A DNA stretch of 64,000 bases from Octopus vulgaris (lineage: Eukaryota), in assembly GCA_951406725.2 (NCBI GenBank), contig OX597819.1, positions 85,188,001-85,252,000 on the forward strand. Direction: 5' to 3'. How positions within the stretch are numbered: the first letter of the stretch is position 1; each line of letters begins with the position of its first letter. Below are positions 50,430-63,545 of this stretch, piece by piece. The notes below the pieces were generated by a model. That model did not search any database. It was not told the DNA's origin and worked only from the letters and a program-made list of their open reading frames with translations. A program made the translations under genes and the position numbers.

Positions 50430-51425
50430 ACTGAATCCGACTTGAATGAACCGAGATAGAAGAAATTTCAGGCTCTCGTTAAGGCAGCAAGTTCAGCCGC
50501 TATTCCAAAGTCGTGCGGAGTACTTTGAAATACTTATAACCGTTATTCAAAACTCCTTCAACTACTGTAGAAGGTGCAGAAAAGTGGAGAGGAAGAGCAT
50601 GAGGCTCCAGACATTTGAAGTGTGTTGAGAGTGTCTTTGTTTCTAAAGAAGAAAATTCTAAGAAGATTGAGCATTGAACGAAAGATACTTTCAGTAACTT
50701 CTCTCGTCAACTAACAAAATTCCTCCCGAAGAATGACTACATTACTAGATCTGTGCAGAATGATGACGTTGCTGGAATAGCTGGTTACTTGGAGTATATA
50801 GAGGCAGTCATACAGCTATTAAGAGAAGTAAAGAAAAGCAAGGGGGACCTAGTGGTTCTGTGTTTGGACCCCCAAATTCCTACAGGTTCATGCCACTCAA
50901 GCTATCAAGAATGCTGTTCCAGGAAGATAAATGACCACTTTTTGAATTATTGTAACGCCAGGAATAACGCTTAGATCCACAACATCAAGATGACACTGGA
51001 TAGAGAAAGAGATTGTAACTGGTTGTACAATTTCAGCCATTTGTTTGCTCTCACTGTGAAGAGGGTGCCAAGGACTCTAGACAAAGACTGGCATGTAACA
51101 GTCGTAAGTGAGATTTCATGGACGACTTGTAACAATATCATCAGTTGATAGTAGCAAACGAATCCTTCAATGAATTGAAAAACGTATCTCATTATCAAGA
51201 ATGAACTTCAAACCAATAAAGTTAGGGCCCTTTGTACTGAAAAGAGCGCAAGCGATGTAAAGGTTCCGCTTCACCTTATACAAAACCATCATCTGAACAT
51301 TGATTGAGCAATCAGTAAAGAGCTTGGGTAAATTATTTCACTGCAGCTTATAGAACACAGCTGCCATCCGGAAAACCAGCAGACACCTTGAGACTAGCTC
51401 ATGAAGGTTGATCAATCTGGATTAC
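50430..51425 (+). mobile_element. Degenerate HERO (R2-group) non-LTR RT fragment
   Basis: GYLEYIEAVIQLLREVKKSKGDLVVLCLD, IVTGCTIS, FMDDL (about 51115), MNFKP, VKSLGKLF and VDQSGL. Confidence 0.75.
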
Positions 51426-52117
51426 TCAGTCACTTTTTCTCGAGCTCCTTCTCGATCTCCTCCTCAACCTCCTTTTCGACCTCCTTCTCGACCTTCTTTT
51501 CAACCTCTTTCACGACCTTCTCAACCTCCTTATCTATTTCTTTTTTTCTTTTTCTGTCTCTCCGACAGATATCTTACTGTTTCTTTCCTCTTTGGTTTTT
51601 AACTACTGTAAATTCGTCCCCTGTTATGGCTGTCTCTTTCTCATCATCCTGTACCATTTCTTCTACCATCAATTCCTCAGACTGTGCCATCTGTTGTTCC
51701 TTCTCTTCTCTCTGGGGGCACCTCGCTTTCATATAGCCTTTCTCGCCACACAGGTAGCATATGGGAGGCATACCCTCCACTACCACTCTCGGTCTCACAT
51801 ACTCGAGTAAACAGTGGTCTTCTGCTGGTCCAATTTCCATTTTACTTCTCTTCTCAGGTTCCCCCTAAACGGGAAGAAAACAAACACAAATCAACAAACT
51901 CGTATGTAAAAACAGCAATTTCAACAATCATAGGTACACCCACTAGTGGAGACCTTCAACAAATATACTATAAAAATTATAACACCACTTACTTCTACGG
52001 AATAACAAGGATCTTAACCAGAAAAACAGCGCTCTGTACCACACTGTCAGTACGCATGCGCCTTCGTAAGGTTTAGGACAGTTTACTTGTTCTCACACAG
52101 GGGTGTTAGGATTTCAC
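51426..52117 (-). mobile_element. Internally deleted copy of the ORF1 zinc-knuckle element
   Basis: RVVVEGMPPICYLCGEKGYMKARCP. The 5' end is homologous to 34525-34600. Confidence 0.65.
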
Positions 52118-52119
52118 CA

Positions 52120-52216
<97 letters not shown>

Positions 52217-52277
52217 GTCTGTCTGCCTTCTGTCTGAGGGTGTGTGTGTATGTATGTGCGTGTATGTGTGAGTCTGT

Positions 52278-52590
52278 AGGCTGTGTGGTAAGAAGCTTGC
52301 CTTCTAGTCATATGCTTCCAGGTTCAGTCCCACTGCATAGTACATTGGGCAAGTGTCTTCTACTATAGTCCGGAACGACCAAAATCTTGTGGTTGATTTG
52401 GTAGACGGAAACTGAAACAAGAACATCGTTGGTGTGTTTACGTCCCCTTAACTTAGCGGTTCGGCCAAAGAACCTGTAGAATAAATACTAGGCTTACAAA
52501 GAATAAGTCCTGGTATCAATTTGTTCAACTAAAGGCGGTGGTCCAGCATGGCCGCAGTCAAGTGACTGAATCGAGTAAAAGAATAAAAGA
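52278..52590 (+). mobile_element. CORE-type SINE
   Basis: Head, core and tail as in the 24569 copy. Confidence 0.85.
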
Positions 52591-52600
52591 ATAAAGGAAA

Positions 52601-52665
<65 letters not shown>

Positions 52666-52667
52666 CA

Positions 52668-53155
52668 CAGCGTGCGGTGAATAAACTGTCGTCTAAATTA
52701 CGCAAAGATAAAAATAACACTGACGTCTATTGATATATTTACCAAAATTACATAAGAATTTCTTGAAATACTAAAGAGCAGTTGATGTAGGCCTCCGTGT
52801 TGAGTCTGAGGCCGTGTGGGAAGATGAATGGAGGCATAACGTCACCATCATTAGTGATCACTCCAAAAACCATGATGTTGACTGGATGTTTGATTTTTAC
52901 CCTTCTTGGATTGCACTGTCCTCAGATTGACACCCAAACACTCTGAAATATTCGTATTGGAGCTTCTGGCGGTATTGCCAAGTAGTATAGCATGTCGTTT
53001 CCAAATTTCTGGCATAGTGAATTGTGTCATGGTGCTGTTTTTCTCACAGACGGTGCCCAACTGACCCTACTATACTGTGTAGTCAACAAAAACAAATAAC
53101 ATGCATGCACTAAATTAAGAACATAAAATGGCGACAGTTTACCAGTCGCACCCTG
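52668..53155 (-). mobile_element. Internally deleted Tc1/mariner-superfamily element with both TIRs
   Basis: cagcgtgcggtgaataaactgtcgtc pairs imperfectly with ggcgacagtttaccagtcgcaccctg plus TA. Peptides: HTH-like ISECLGVNLRTVQ and IMVFGVITNDGDVMPPFIFPHGLRLNTEAYI. Confidence 0.75.
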
Positions 53156-53157
53156 TA

Positions 53158-53195
<38 letters not shown>

Positions 53196-53242
53196 CAGAG
53201 TGCGATGGGCAAATTGCCGTTCCACACTTAGATCCAATTCCA

Positions 53243-53790
53243 CTATTGTCTCTCTTGCAGATGTTTCACATAGCCGGAGGTTTCGCTCGGCAGTACTTCA
53301 CCTGGTGGTCTTGCCATCAACAGATCAACCGGGAGTCTCATTTCGTGGCCCAGCATCATCTTTGCTGGTGTATAGCCAGTAGACACACGCGTTGCCGAAC
53401 GACTTGCCATCAACAAAACGGGTAACTTCAGATCCAATTCCATTCTTTGTATTTTGGCAGCGTAACCTTTCAAAACATGTTCATGCTACATCAGCTTTAC
53501 TGGACACTCTTGCAAAGATTTCTCTTCAGAATTTTGTAACGTTTCAGTTCAGATCGAATTCGAGGTATTTTCTGATCTTATTTCTTTGAGATTGTACTGC
53601 ATTATTTTTTGTGAATTGAGAAGCTTCTTTAATTCTATCATAGCGTAATAATTTTCATCTTCAAAACTCTGAAGTTTCAATTCAAAATCTTGTGAGTTAG
53701 AAGACATTTCCTCTTTTATAACAATAATCCTCTGACGCATGTAACGCTGTATCTTATCCCGTTTGTTGTTTGCCTGTAAGATATTCACCT
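53243..53790 (-). mobile_element. Gypsy LTR-retrotransposon relic (integrase C-terminal part, preceded by a coiled-coil-like segment)
   Basis: DLKLPVLLMASRSATRVSTGYTPAKMMLGHEMRLPVDLL is typical of the end of the Gypsy integrase core. Confidence 0.75.
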
Positions 53791-53943
53791 TTAGTTCGTT
53801 AATTTCATGGATCAGCTAAAATTTACTTTCTGACAGTCGGCTGATATATATGTATCAATAAAGCACTCAGTATTAAATGAATCATCTGTTTCAACACACG
53901 AATTCACATCAAGAATTTTGCGAAACGAATATATAAATGTAAT

Positions 53944-54091
<148 letters not shown>

Positions 54092-54490
54092 AATATATAT
54101 ATATATATGCATATATATCTCTGGATTTAATATGTGGGCTATATATATATGTATATATATGTTGTATGTATATATGTATATGCATAACTGCAAAACGAGA
54201 GTAAGCAAAAGGTGCAAAGTGTATAAATATATAGATATTTATATTAACTGGCCCAACTTACACAATGTACAAACGACAGAGAAAACTAAAGGGCTGGAAG
54301 AAAGGTATTATAAGATCAACAGTTGTTCCTGGTTGCTCGGCGATCCATGATAATGTTGGCAGATTTAGTACATCACTGTATGCTGTCGTATGAATGCATC
54401 GAAAATCAAGGCAAATGTAGGTGTTGCTGCTTGTATCTTATAAGTTTCTCGCCAATGAGATTCTTTTATTAGTAATTTAGACAGCGTTTA

Positions 54491-54522
<32 letters not shown>

Positions 54523-54852
54523 CATGAATCATGTGTAAGCATGTGCACATGTATGCTCATAAATATATATATGTATGTGCATATGTAATCATAAATGCAA
54601 GCTTGGATTTTATTGAATGCATTGTTTTCATTACATGCTCAACTTCTCTGAATGTTTCACATATTTTGGCAGTACTCTTGATAGCTTGTAGCTATAGTTC
54701 CAGGAGTAGGCATTTTTTTTTTCTGCTTCGTGAACTCGATTGTTCAAGAAAGGCAGTTAGTCACGTATCGAGGTGCTCCAAAACGGCAGGCAGAAATCTA
54801 ATAGGATGGAGAAGTTCAGTTCGACATTGATGCTTTCTTTTCCCCCACTCTT

Positions 54853-55282
54853 TCACGTTATTCTGACATCTTCTGGATAACTGTTTTCAAATACTGCGCA
54901 CAACTCACTCCTACGTCTCAGCTCATTATGCTTGGTCTGCCAGGCTTGCATTGTATTAAAGTCTTGACAACAAAATACACGTGCAGTATAACATATGAAA
55001 GAATTCGAGAAGATACCCTGCCAGTTTTGTTTCATATGTGTAATTATGCTCTCCACATCACTATAACTTTTACTTCAACGGACTTCGTCATATAATATCC
55101 TAACAGTCACATCATGTCTCTTTAATATCTAATATTGTGATGACATTTTTAGACAGGTTCTTATAATGTTATATCCCAAATATTAATTTCACAGAGTTTC
55201 CAGCAATTGTTTCGCGTAGGAGGTTTACTTGCATCCTTAACCTTTTTTGTGCATCACTAATTTTGATGCTATTTCCTGCACC
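54853..55282 (-). pseudogene. Possible decayed integrase zinc-binding (H2C2)-like domain
   Basis: Frame VTVRILYDEVR*SKSYSDVESIITHMKQNWQGI...CCQ resembles integrase N-terminal domains, but the zinc ligands are eroded. Confidence 0.3.
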
Positions 55283-55388
55283 TGTGTTGGAGGGGAAAAC
55301 CCATATATTTCAATGTGAGAAAATATGTTGGCCGTTATTCCAGTATAGGCTAATCAATTTATCAATATTACTGTCACTTAGAAATTCT

Positions 55389-55563
55389 CTGTGGCTGTGT
55401 GTTAAGAAGCCTGCTTTTTAGTCACATGGTTCTAGATTCAGTCCCACAGTATGACACCTTGGGCAAGTGTCTTCTACCAAAGCTTCGGACCGACCAAAGC
55501 CTTGTGAGTTGATTTCGTAGACGGAAACTGAAAGAAGCTCGTCGTGCGTGTGTGTGCATATTT

Positions 55564-55650
<87 letters not shown>

Positions 55651-55880
55651 TATATATATCTGTGTGTGTGTCTTTGTGCCTATGTTTGTCCCTCACCACA
55701 GCTTGACAACCGGTGTTGGTGTGTTTAAGTCCCCGTAACTAGCGGTCCGGTAAAAGAGACCGACAGAATAAGTACCGGGATTAAAAAAAAAACCTGGTGT
55801 CAATTCATTCGACTAAAAAAAATCTAGGTGCTGCTTTATCATGACTGCAGCCTAATGGCTGAAAAAAGTAAAAGATAACA
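55389..55880 (+). mobile_element. CORE-type SINE with internal (CA)n
   Basis: Head, ccttgggcaagtg core and tail. Confidence 0.85.
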
Positions 55881-55909
55881 GATAACTACGCATGAACTTT
55901 TATCAACAA

Positions 55910-56951
55910 GTATATAGCTTTATTAAACACATGTGAGTGAGAACACTTTGAGATATTTTTCGTATCTAACATATGTCAGATACTGCGAGCGCTGCTACTG
56001 ATTGGTCAATCCATGGTGATGACCCGAGGTCACGGTGACGGCACTACTTTTGTCATTCATAAGTTACAACTAAACTTCATTCATTACTTTCACGAGCAGG
56101 TAGAATGTAGCCATGTAATTAAACAAACATACTATCTTTTTTATACCAGATATCACTTAAAGTCATATACACATAAAATATAAACATTTCTGGTGGTAAT
56201 TCAATTATTTGTTGCCCCAAAAATCACAACATATTTCGTCTGCTCGTCGATACTCTTGCAGTGCAGGTAGATCTATCAACAAGATGGCTACTATTGTCGA
56301 TATCAAGGTGAATGATTTTGTTAAGATTGATGGGGGAAGAGTGTTATCCGTTGTTCAACCTCTTGGAACATACAGAATGTTCAAAGTGAAGATCAATACT
56401 GGCCATGTCCGACATGTTGTTGGATACAGGTTAACAAAGGTACCTGAAACATTGTCATCGACGAGTGGATTGTCATCGAACCCTAGATCTAACATCCCTG
56501 ATGAGGTGTACAACGAACTTCTACGTGACGATTTGCTACTCGAAAAACAGTCATTTCACCTGAAAACTTAGCGCTATAAAGTCGGACTATCTTCCTGCGG
56601 CATGACATCTTTTACAGTTACACATTGTGACGTCACTGACGTGAAATCAAGCTGTATTCATGCGCGCTTCAACACGATGTGAAGAATTTAGTTATTGGGT
56701 TAATAAAATATGGTCGTTTATTCGTGTGTACTAAATAAAATACCAAACTCATTCCCTATGGATACCGTATTTATTACAACTCGTGGCTTGTAAACGTATC
56801 TAATTCTGGATGTGTAATGTCAGTGTGCATACTCGACAGAATGTTAGTACCTTGAGGGAAAGTTAGAACTAAGAAGTATCAGATACGTTTACAAGCCACT
56901 CGTTGTAATAAATACGGTATCCATAGGGAACTCGTTTGGTATTCTCTATTT
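55910..56951 (+). mobile_element. Probable non-autonomous Crypton-like element with terminal imperfect palindrome and short ORF
   Basis: Arms 56739-56801 and 56881-56943 are inverted except at same-orientation ACTCG-type motifs. ORF from ATG 56284 to 56571. No recombinase domain seen; the family assignment is inference. Confidence 0.45.
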
Positions 56952-57655
56952 CCTCCTGATGAACTGTTGCGGTATAGTTGCACAACTTCTCTGCGTGTAT
57001 AACACTAGTCACCAGTCAAGGAATACTTACAGAGAATCTCCTTTAGTACTCCGCAGAATACTCTGCCTTATGCATGTAGGCGTAGTCAAATATTTGTCAT
57101 TTGATATTTGATAGTTAGTAGATGCCGAAAATTATGATACAAACATAAAAGGATGTTTGAATCGAGAGTCAACCACCGCTGCTTTGTTTTCGTTTTAAAT
57201 AGAGGAGCTCTACATTACTTCTGATGTATAAATCCTGCTACGGGTTAACAAGAATCGAGTTTAGAATCAACAGCATCATTTGACTTCATCTAGCATCTGA
57301 CGGGGTTAGCCTAAATGCTGAGCCACTCGACTGCATACATGAATATATTATATACATACGCATGTATGTATATTGTATGATGTATATGTATGCACGCATA
57401 CATGCATGGAGATTGTATGTTTCATAAATCGAATGGGGTTTTAGTGCTTTTTTTATATATGAAATAACATACAATTTTTTCTCTGATCATCAGCTCTAGA
57501 TTGTAAATTAGATTTACATCCTTAAGAGTTATTAGATAAATCTACTCAATGGATTACGCACCATTTGATATTTTTGACATTTCTGATAACCTTTGTATTA
57601 TTATTTAGTAAATTGATTAATTGTCAAACTCTTGAAGAGAACACGCGCGCGCGCA

Positions 57656-57727
<72 letters not shown>

Positions 57728-58085
57728 AAAACTTACTTGGAAAAGGATGTGTGGCGTTCGATCATGCAATAATATAAATAACATATAAATATATGCATAT
57801 ATACATACATAAACGTACATACCAACATATATATGTATATATACATGCATATATGGGTACAGGACACCAAAAAATCCATGAATACAACGAGAAACGAAAC
57901 ATAAAAATTAAAACATAGAAAACATAGAAAAAGCAGAAGCTAAAAACACAACTACACTTTGTTCTGAGACTGACCAAGGAATTTTTATTTTTAGATATAA
58001 ATGATGTACTTAAGTGTAGTTGTGTTTTTAGCTTCTGCTTTTTCCATGATCACATGTGAGTATTTTGTTTATATTCCCTCGTAAG

Positions 58086-58145
58086 CTCTACTGAAGAAGA
58101 ATGTATCCTTTATAGGATTAATTCCGAAATTGATTCAATATAGAG
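58086..58145 (+). ncRNA. Type I hammerhead ribozyme with intact core
   Basis: ctcta CTGAAGA a gaat..atcct-ttat-aggat..attc c GAA ATTGA-t-TCAAT A tagag. AUA site. Confidence 0.85.
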
Positions 58146-58574
58146 ATAACGAAATTTAAATTTTCTCTAAAGGTTAGTTGCCCGCTTTCAGTTCAATTTT
58201 CCTGTAACAAGTGGATTATAAGTGGATAAATCAGTGCATTGGCTTTAGAATAACCTTCTTTAGCTCTTAATTATAAGATGTTTATACTTCAACCATAAAG
58301 GTTTTTTTTAATATACTGCCACGCTTTTTGATTGAATCCTTTTCTGTAGAGAAAGGGACTTCATCCTATATTGTTAGTAGTAAACTCACTGCTTGTTACA
58401 AGGGGACCGGTAACCTTTACAATATGTAGCGGCGAAAGGTCAACACGTTGTTCTGAGACTGACCAAGGAATTTTTATTTTTAGATATAAATGATGTACTT
58501 AAGTGTAGTTGTGTTTTTAGCTTCTGCTTTTTCCATGATCACATGTGAGTATTTTATTTATATTCCCTCGTAAG

Positions 58575-58634
58575 CTCTACTGAAGAAGAATGTATCCTTT
58601 ATAGGATTAATTCCGAAATTGATTCAATATAGAG
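58575..58634 (+). ncRNA. Type I hammerhead ribozyme, tandem copy
   Basis: Identical to 58086-58145. Confidence 0.85.
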
Positions 58635-58861
58635 ATAACGAAATTTAAATTTTCTAAAGGTTAGTTGCCCGCTTTCAGTTCAATTTTCCTGTAATAAGTG
58701 GATAAAGTGGATAAATCAGTGTATTGACTTTAGAATAACCTTCTTTAGCCCTTAATTATAAGATGTTTATACTTCAACCGTAAAGTTTTTTTTTAATATA
58801 CTGCCACGCTTTTTGATGGAATCCTTTTCTGTAGAGAAAGGGACTTCATCCTATATTGTTA

Positions 58862-58909
<48 letters not shown>

Positions 58910-59010
58910 TAGAGGGAAACCACTATGTGGACACCCTTATGCTAGAAATAGATCCGCTATGGTCTTACTACTAAGAAATTAAATTAATATCTAATTTCTC
59001 ACCCTCATTT

Positions 59011-59061
<51 letters not shown>

Positions 59062-59064
59062 TAT

Positions 59065-60097
59065 ATCTCGCTCAGAGTAAAGGTGGACTGTATGACGCAT
59101 GTGTATGAACAGCCATGCTACATGGCAGTGAAACATGGGCGGTGACTGCTGAGGACATGCGTAAGCTTGCAAGGAACGAAGCCAGTATGCTCCGCTGGAT
59201 GTGTAATGTCAGTGTGCATACTCGACAGAATGTTAGTACCTTGAGGGAAAGTTAGACCTAAGAAGTATCATATATGATGTGCAAGAGGGACGACTACGCT
59301 GGTATGGTCATGTGTCGAGAACGGATGAGGATAGCTGTGCGAAAAAGTCCCACATACTAGCGGTTGAGGAAACCTGTGGAAGAAGGAGACCCAGGAAGAC
59401 CTGGGATGAAGTGAAGCATGACCTTCGAACAGTAGGCCCCATCGAGGCAATGACTAGTGAACGAGACCTTTGGAAATACGCTGTGCTTGAGAAGACCCGG
59501 CAAGCCAAGTGAGACCATAACCCGTGGCCTATGCCAGAGGTGTAGCCAGCCTATTTATGCGTACCTTTCCTTCATTGGATACTAAACTCTGCTTGCGAAG
59601 ACCTGTTGAGACAAGTGAAATCGAAATCGAATTCAAATTCGATCACTGGCATCCGTGCTAGTGGTGTGCTAAGAGTACCATCTGAGCGTGATCTTGCTAG
59701 AGCAGCTGACTAGCTTCCCTGACGGTGGCACGTAAAAAGCACCATTCGAGCGTGATCGTTACCTGCGTCGCCTTACTGGCACTTGAAAAAATATTCGAGT
59801 GAGGTCATTACCAGTGCCGCTGGACTGGCTCCTGTGCTGGTGGCATGTAAAAAACAACATTTGAGCGTGGTCGTTGCCAGTACCACCTGACTGGCCCTCG
59901 TGCCGGTGGCACGTAAAAGCATCCACTAGCCTCTCGGAGTGGTTGGCGTTAGGAAGGGCATCCAGCTGTAGAAACTCTGCCAGATCAGATTGGTTCCTGA
60001 TGCAGCCATCTGGTTCGCCAGTTCTCAGTCAAATCGTCCAACCCATGCCAGCATGGAAAGTGAAAGTTAAACGACCACGATGATGATGATGATGATG
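59065..60097 (+). mobile_element. RTE-clade LINE 3' fragment with repetitive 3' UTR and (GAT)n tail
   Basis: LHGSETW, MLRWMC, RLRWYGHV and GRRRPRKTW motifs. The 3' UTR has repeated ggtggcacgtaaaa and an aggaagggcatccagctgtagaaa block. Confidence 0.88.
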
Positions 60098-60125
60098 TTG
60101 GCACACATCATGTATATGTATACAA

Positions 60126-60164
<39 letters not shown>

Positions 60165-60582
60165 AATATAAATATAACGTTTTTTGATGTCCTGTACCCA
60201 TATATGCATGTATATATACATATATATGTAAGTATGTACATATATATATGTATATATGCATATATTTATAAATCATTTATATTATAATATGATCGAACGC
60301 CACGTATCCTATTCCAAAAAAGTTTTATCTTAATAATTACGATGCGCACCCTTTTATCTCTACTATCTCTTCTCTGTCTATCTCTCTCCCTCTCTTGTTC
60401 TTCATTCTTTCTGGTTTTCTCTCCCATATATATATGATGTGTATCTACACATACTATATACCCACGCATATATATGCATATATGTGTATATATATAGGGA
60501 GAGTTTACGAAAAAAACAAGACGAAGACAGTTGCTGTACAAAACAAACAGATGTATTAGTATAACGCTCAGGAATAGAAAAA

Positions 60583-60622
60583 GTCTTTTACGCTTCGAGC
60601 CTACGCTCTTCTACAGAAAGGG
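60583..60622 (-). ncRNA. CUGUNGA-family hammerhead-like motif
   Basis: Minus strand cttt CTGTAGA a gagc-gtag-gctc GAAGC GT A aaag. Same family as 48659. Confidence 0.5.
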
Positions 60623-61014
60623 ACACAGAAAAAAAAAGGAGAGAAACAAGGAGAGAAAAAAATGTGTGTAGTGACTAACGATCTATCATGGCGACTGACT
60701 CGGACAGAAGGGTCACACACGAGAAGGAAAGTAGGGGAGATAACAAGGTAAAGATGACCCCCAACACGAAGGTGCGTGTGTGTATAAGAGAGTATGGATG
60801 TGCGTGTGAAGGAGGGCTGGTGTTCTGGACGTGTGCGTGTATGTATGTGTAGGTGTGGAGATGTGGGGATGGGTGTGTGGTTGGTGTGTTGTGATGTGGT
60901 GTGTAATGTTGTATGGTGTAGTGTGGTGTGGTGTGATGTTATTGGGAGGTGGGGGAGGCGAGAGTGGGATATTTATACACACGTATATATAAACACATAA
61001 TTTGTAATAATCAT

Positions 61015-61195
61015 TTCAAATTTTGTCACAAGCCCTGCAGCTTCGCGGTGGAGTGAAATCGATGACATTGATCCAAGTGTTCAATTGGCACTTCTTTTAT
61101 CGACCCCGAAATGATGAAAAGTAAATCGACCCCGGGGGCATTTCTACTCAAAACATGAGAGACGAAATGCCGCTGAGCATTTTGCCAGGCGTGAT
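61015..61195 (-). mobile_element. Diverged Nin/Deu-domain-like SINE
   Basis: ttttatcgaccccgaaatgatgaaaag..tcgac and gagcattttgccaggcgtg in reverse complement. Confidence 0.6.
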
Positions 61196-61496
61196 AAGAT
61201 TTCTTATTTATAACATTGCAAACTATTTTGAAATTTTGTAACTGAGGAAAGTTTACATAATGTATGCATTTCCTATTATATATTAAGCAAACCTGAAACG
61301 TACATATTAAACGACTTCAAAATATCACTATTTGGTTTCACTTCATTATTACATCTTATACTACTCGATGCCAGTACATACAAGCCGGTCTAGACTTCAC
61401 TTATGCGGACACTATAACGACTTGGAGTAGTTTGTTACGTCTGACTTGAGAAGAAAATATTGGTAACGGGCACCGCTTCTTAGCTTAATGTGAAAC

Positions 61497-61527
<31 letters not shown>

Positions 61528-61788
61528 GTATTATCTCCCTTTCACTTAGCCTCATTCATCCGGTCATTTCATCATGTTGAACCATTAATCCTTACACATT
61601 TTGTTTTTCTCTCCGTTGTTTTTTCATTCTCACTTCATTTCTCCCTCCCACATCATTAATCATTTCTGTCGCAGAACGTAGGCTAGAAATGTCAGAGACT
61701 TTTCCATTCTTCCTGAGCATCGAACTAATACATCTGCTCATTGTTCCCTCACATGTCTTCGTATTTTGTTTTCTGTAAATTTGAAGTA

Positions 61789-61851
<63 letters not shown>

Positions 61852-61863
61852 ATACATACGTCC

Positions 61864-61899
<36 letters not shown>

Positions 61900-61909
61900 A
61901 TACATACGT

Positions 61910-61966
<57 letters not shown>

Positions 61967-62029
61967 CGTATATATATATGTATATATATATATGTATATA
62001 CATACGTCCATATATATATATATTTATAC

Positions 62030-62063
<34 letters not shown>

Positions 62064-62180
62064 TTGTGTGTGTATGTGCTTGTGTTTGCGTGCGGGAGTG
62101 TGAGTGAGTGTATGCATCGAACTAATACATCTGCTCATTGTCCCCTCACTTGTCTTCGTATTTTGTTTGATGTGAATTTG

Positions 62181-62261
<81 letters not shown>

Positions 62262-62263
<2 letters not shown>

Positions 62264-62743
62264 TGGCTGCCCCCTCGTTATCGAGTATGGCCATTGCACG
62301 AAGCTTAATCAATGTTGTTATCGTGCAATGCCTGTGCAAGAAGTGAGGAAAGGCTGTGCACTGATTCAATCCCACTCACTAAGCACCACCAGTCATAATC
62401 CGAAAAGAAGAACAAGTCAACATCATCGGTAACCACCGAGCCGCAGGTTTTATGTCGTAGTTATCCCAGTTACCTGAGTTACCTTTTCCTAGAAGGATGC
62501 CCTAACAAAGGCTAGGAGTCCTTCACTCCCAATGATTTAACCGCGCGATCGGGTATTCAGTCCGATTATTTCTATGTCCCCGCGCATGATACATCCTTAA
62601 GACATCTATTGGATGGCCGTTGACTCTCAAGAGTTCCTCCGCCCTTTGACGGGTTTTGTTTTTCATCCCGCAGGGTGTCCAATAAGTACCCTCCTCACCA
62701 TGCAACAGGTTGCACTGGGTTACATGTTACCAGTAGCACTCGA
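62262..62743 (-). mobile_element. Probable RTE-related short element (5' UTR-like)
   Basis: GC-richer block between TA tracts. Minus-strand ctagcctttgttagggcatccttctaggaaaaggtaactc resembles RTE leaders; this is recognition from memory only. Confidence 0.35.
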
Positions 62744-62783
62744 AAGTATGTATATACATACGTCCATATATAAATGTTTATAC

Positions 62784-62822
<39 letters not shown>

Positions 62823-63503
62823 TATACTTGTGTGTGTATGTGCTTGTGTTTGCGTGTGTGAGTGTATGCATAAACTTACAAACACACACACACACACACA
62901 CACACGCATATGTATATTTAAAGAAATATTTTCTTTAAAGTTGAAAGGATTTGAAAGGATTTTGTTTTTGAAAATAAATATACCACAAACCTTTTGGAAA
63001 GTTTTTGTATTATGCATTTTTATATAATCGTTGTTGTTCAGATTTTCAAATTCACGTTTTCTAGACTAATCCGTATATGGGAAGCTGTTCTTAGAAATGG
63101 TGTTAATTATTTCCGGTTTCGTATCGTATTTAGAATTCTTATAAAGTATTTTTCTGTTGCCTTTCGTACTTCATTATTTTCGTATATTTTGAAAAAACCC
63201 CAGAAATATCCTGAATTTCCCATTTGCACAAATATCTAGTTTATCACTACATGAAGCATTTCTAAGAGATGTATCTTTAAATTGGTGTTTGTGCACTCTC
63301 ACAAGACTGGTTGTTTTCGATCCTATTTCTCCGATGTGATTTCATAACATTGTTGACGTGATGCAGTAATAAGGTATGTTTGCTTTGTAATTCATGTTTG
63401 CATTCACCTATGTTTGCATTCACCTATTCCTTTCCATTCTCAAACACAGGCACTAACACTCATATACGCACACGCGCACACACACACATACACACACACA
63501 CAC

Positions 63504-63545
<42 letters not shown>

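Larger units (their letters stand above)
57927..58864 (+). mobile_element. Third HHR array: short inverted copy plus about 1.85 tandem units of 489 nt
   Basis: gttctgagactgacc at 57961 and 58450. 57927-57959 is the reverse complement of about 58012-58044. Ends in (TA)n. Confidence 0.9.

Noticed and set aside
56954-57040. CTGATGA after the palindrome
   Set aside because: No correctly placed GAAA box or stems.
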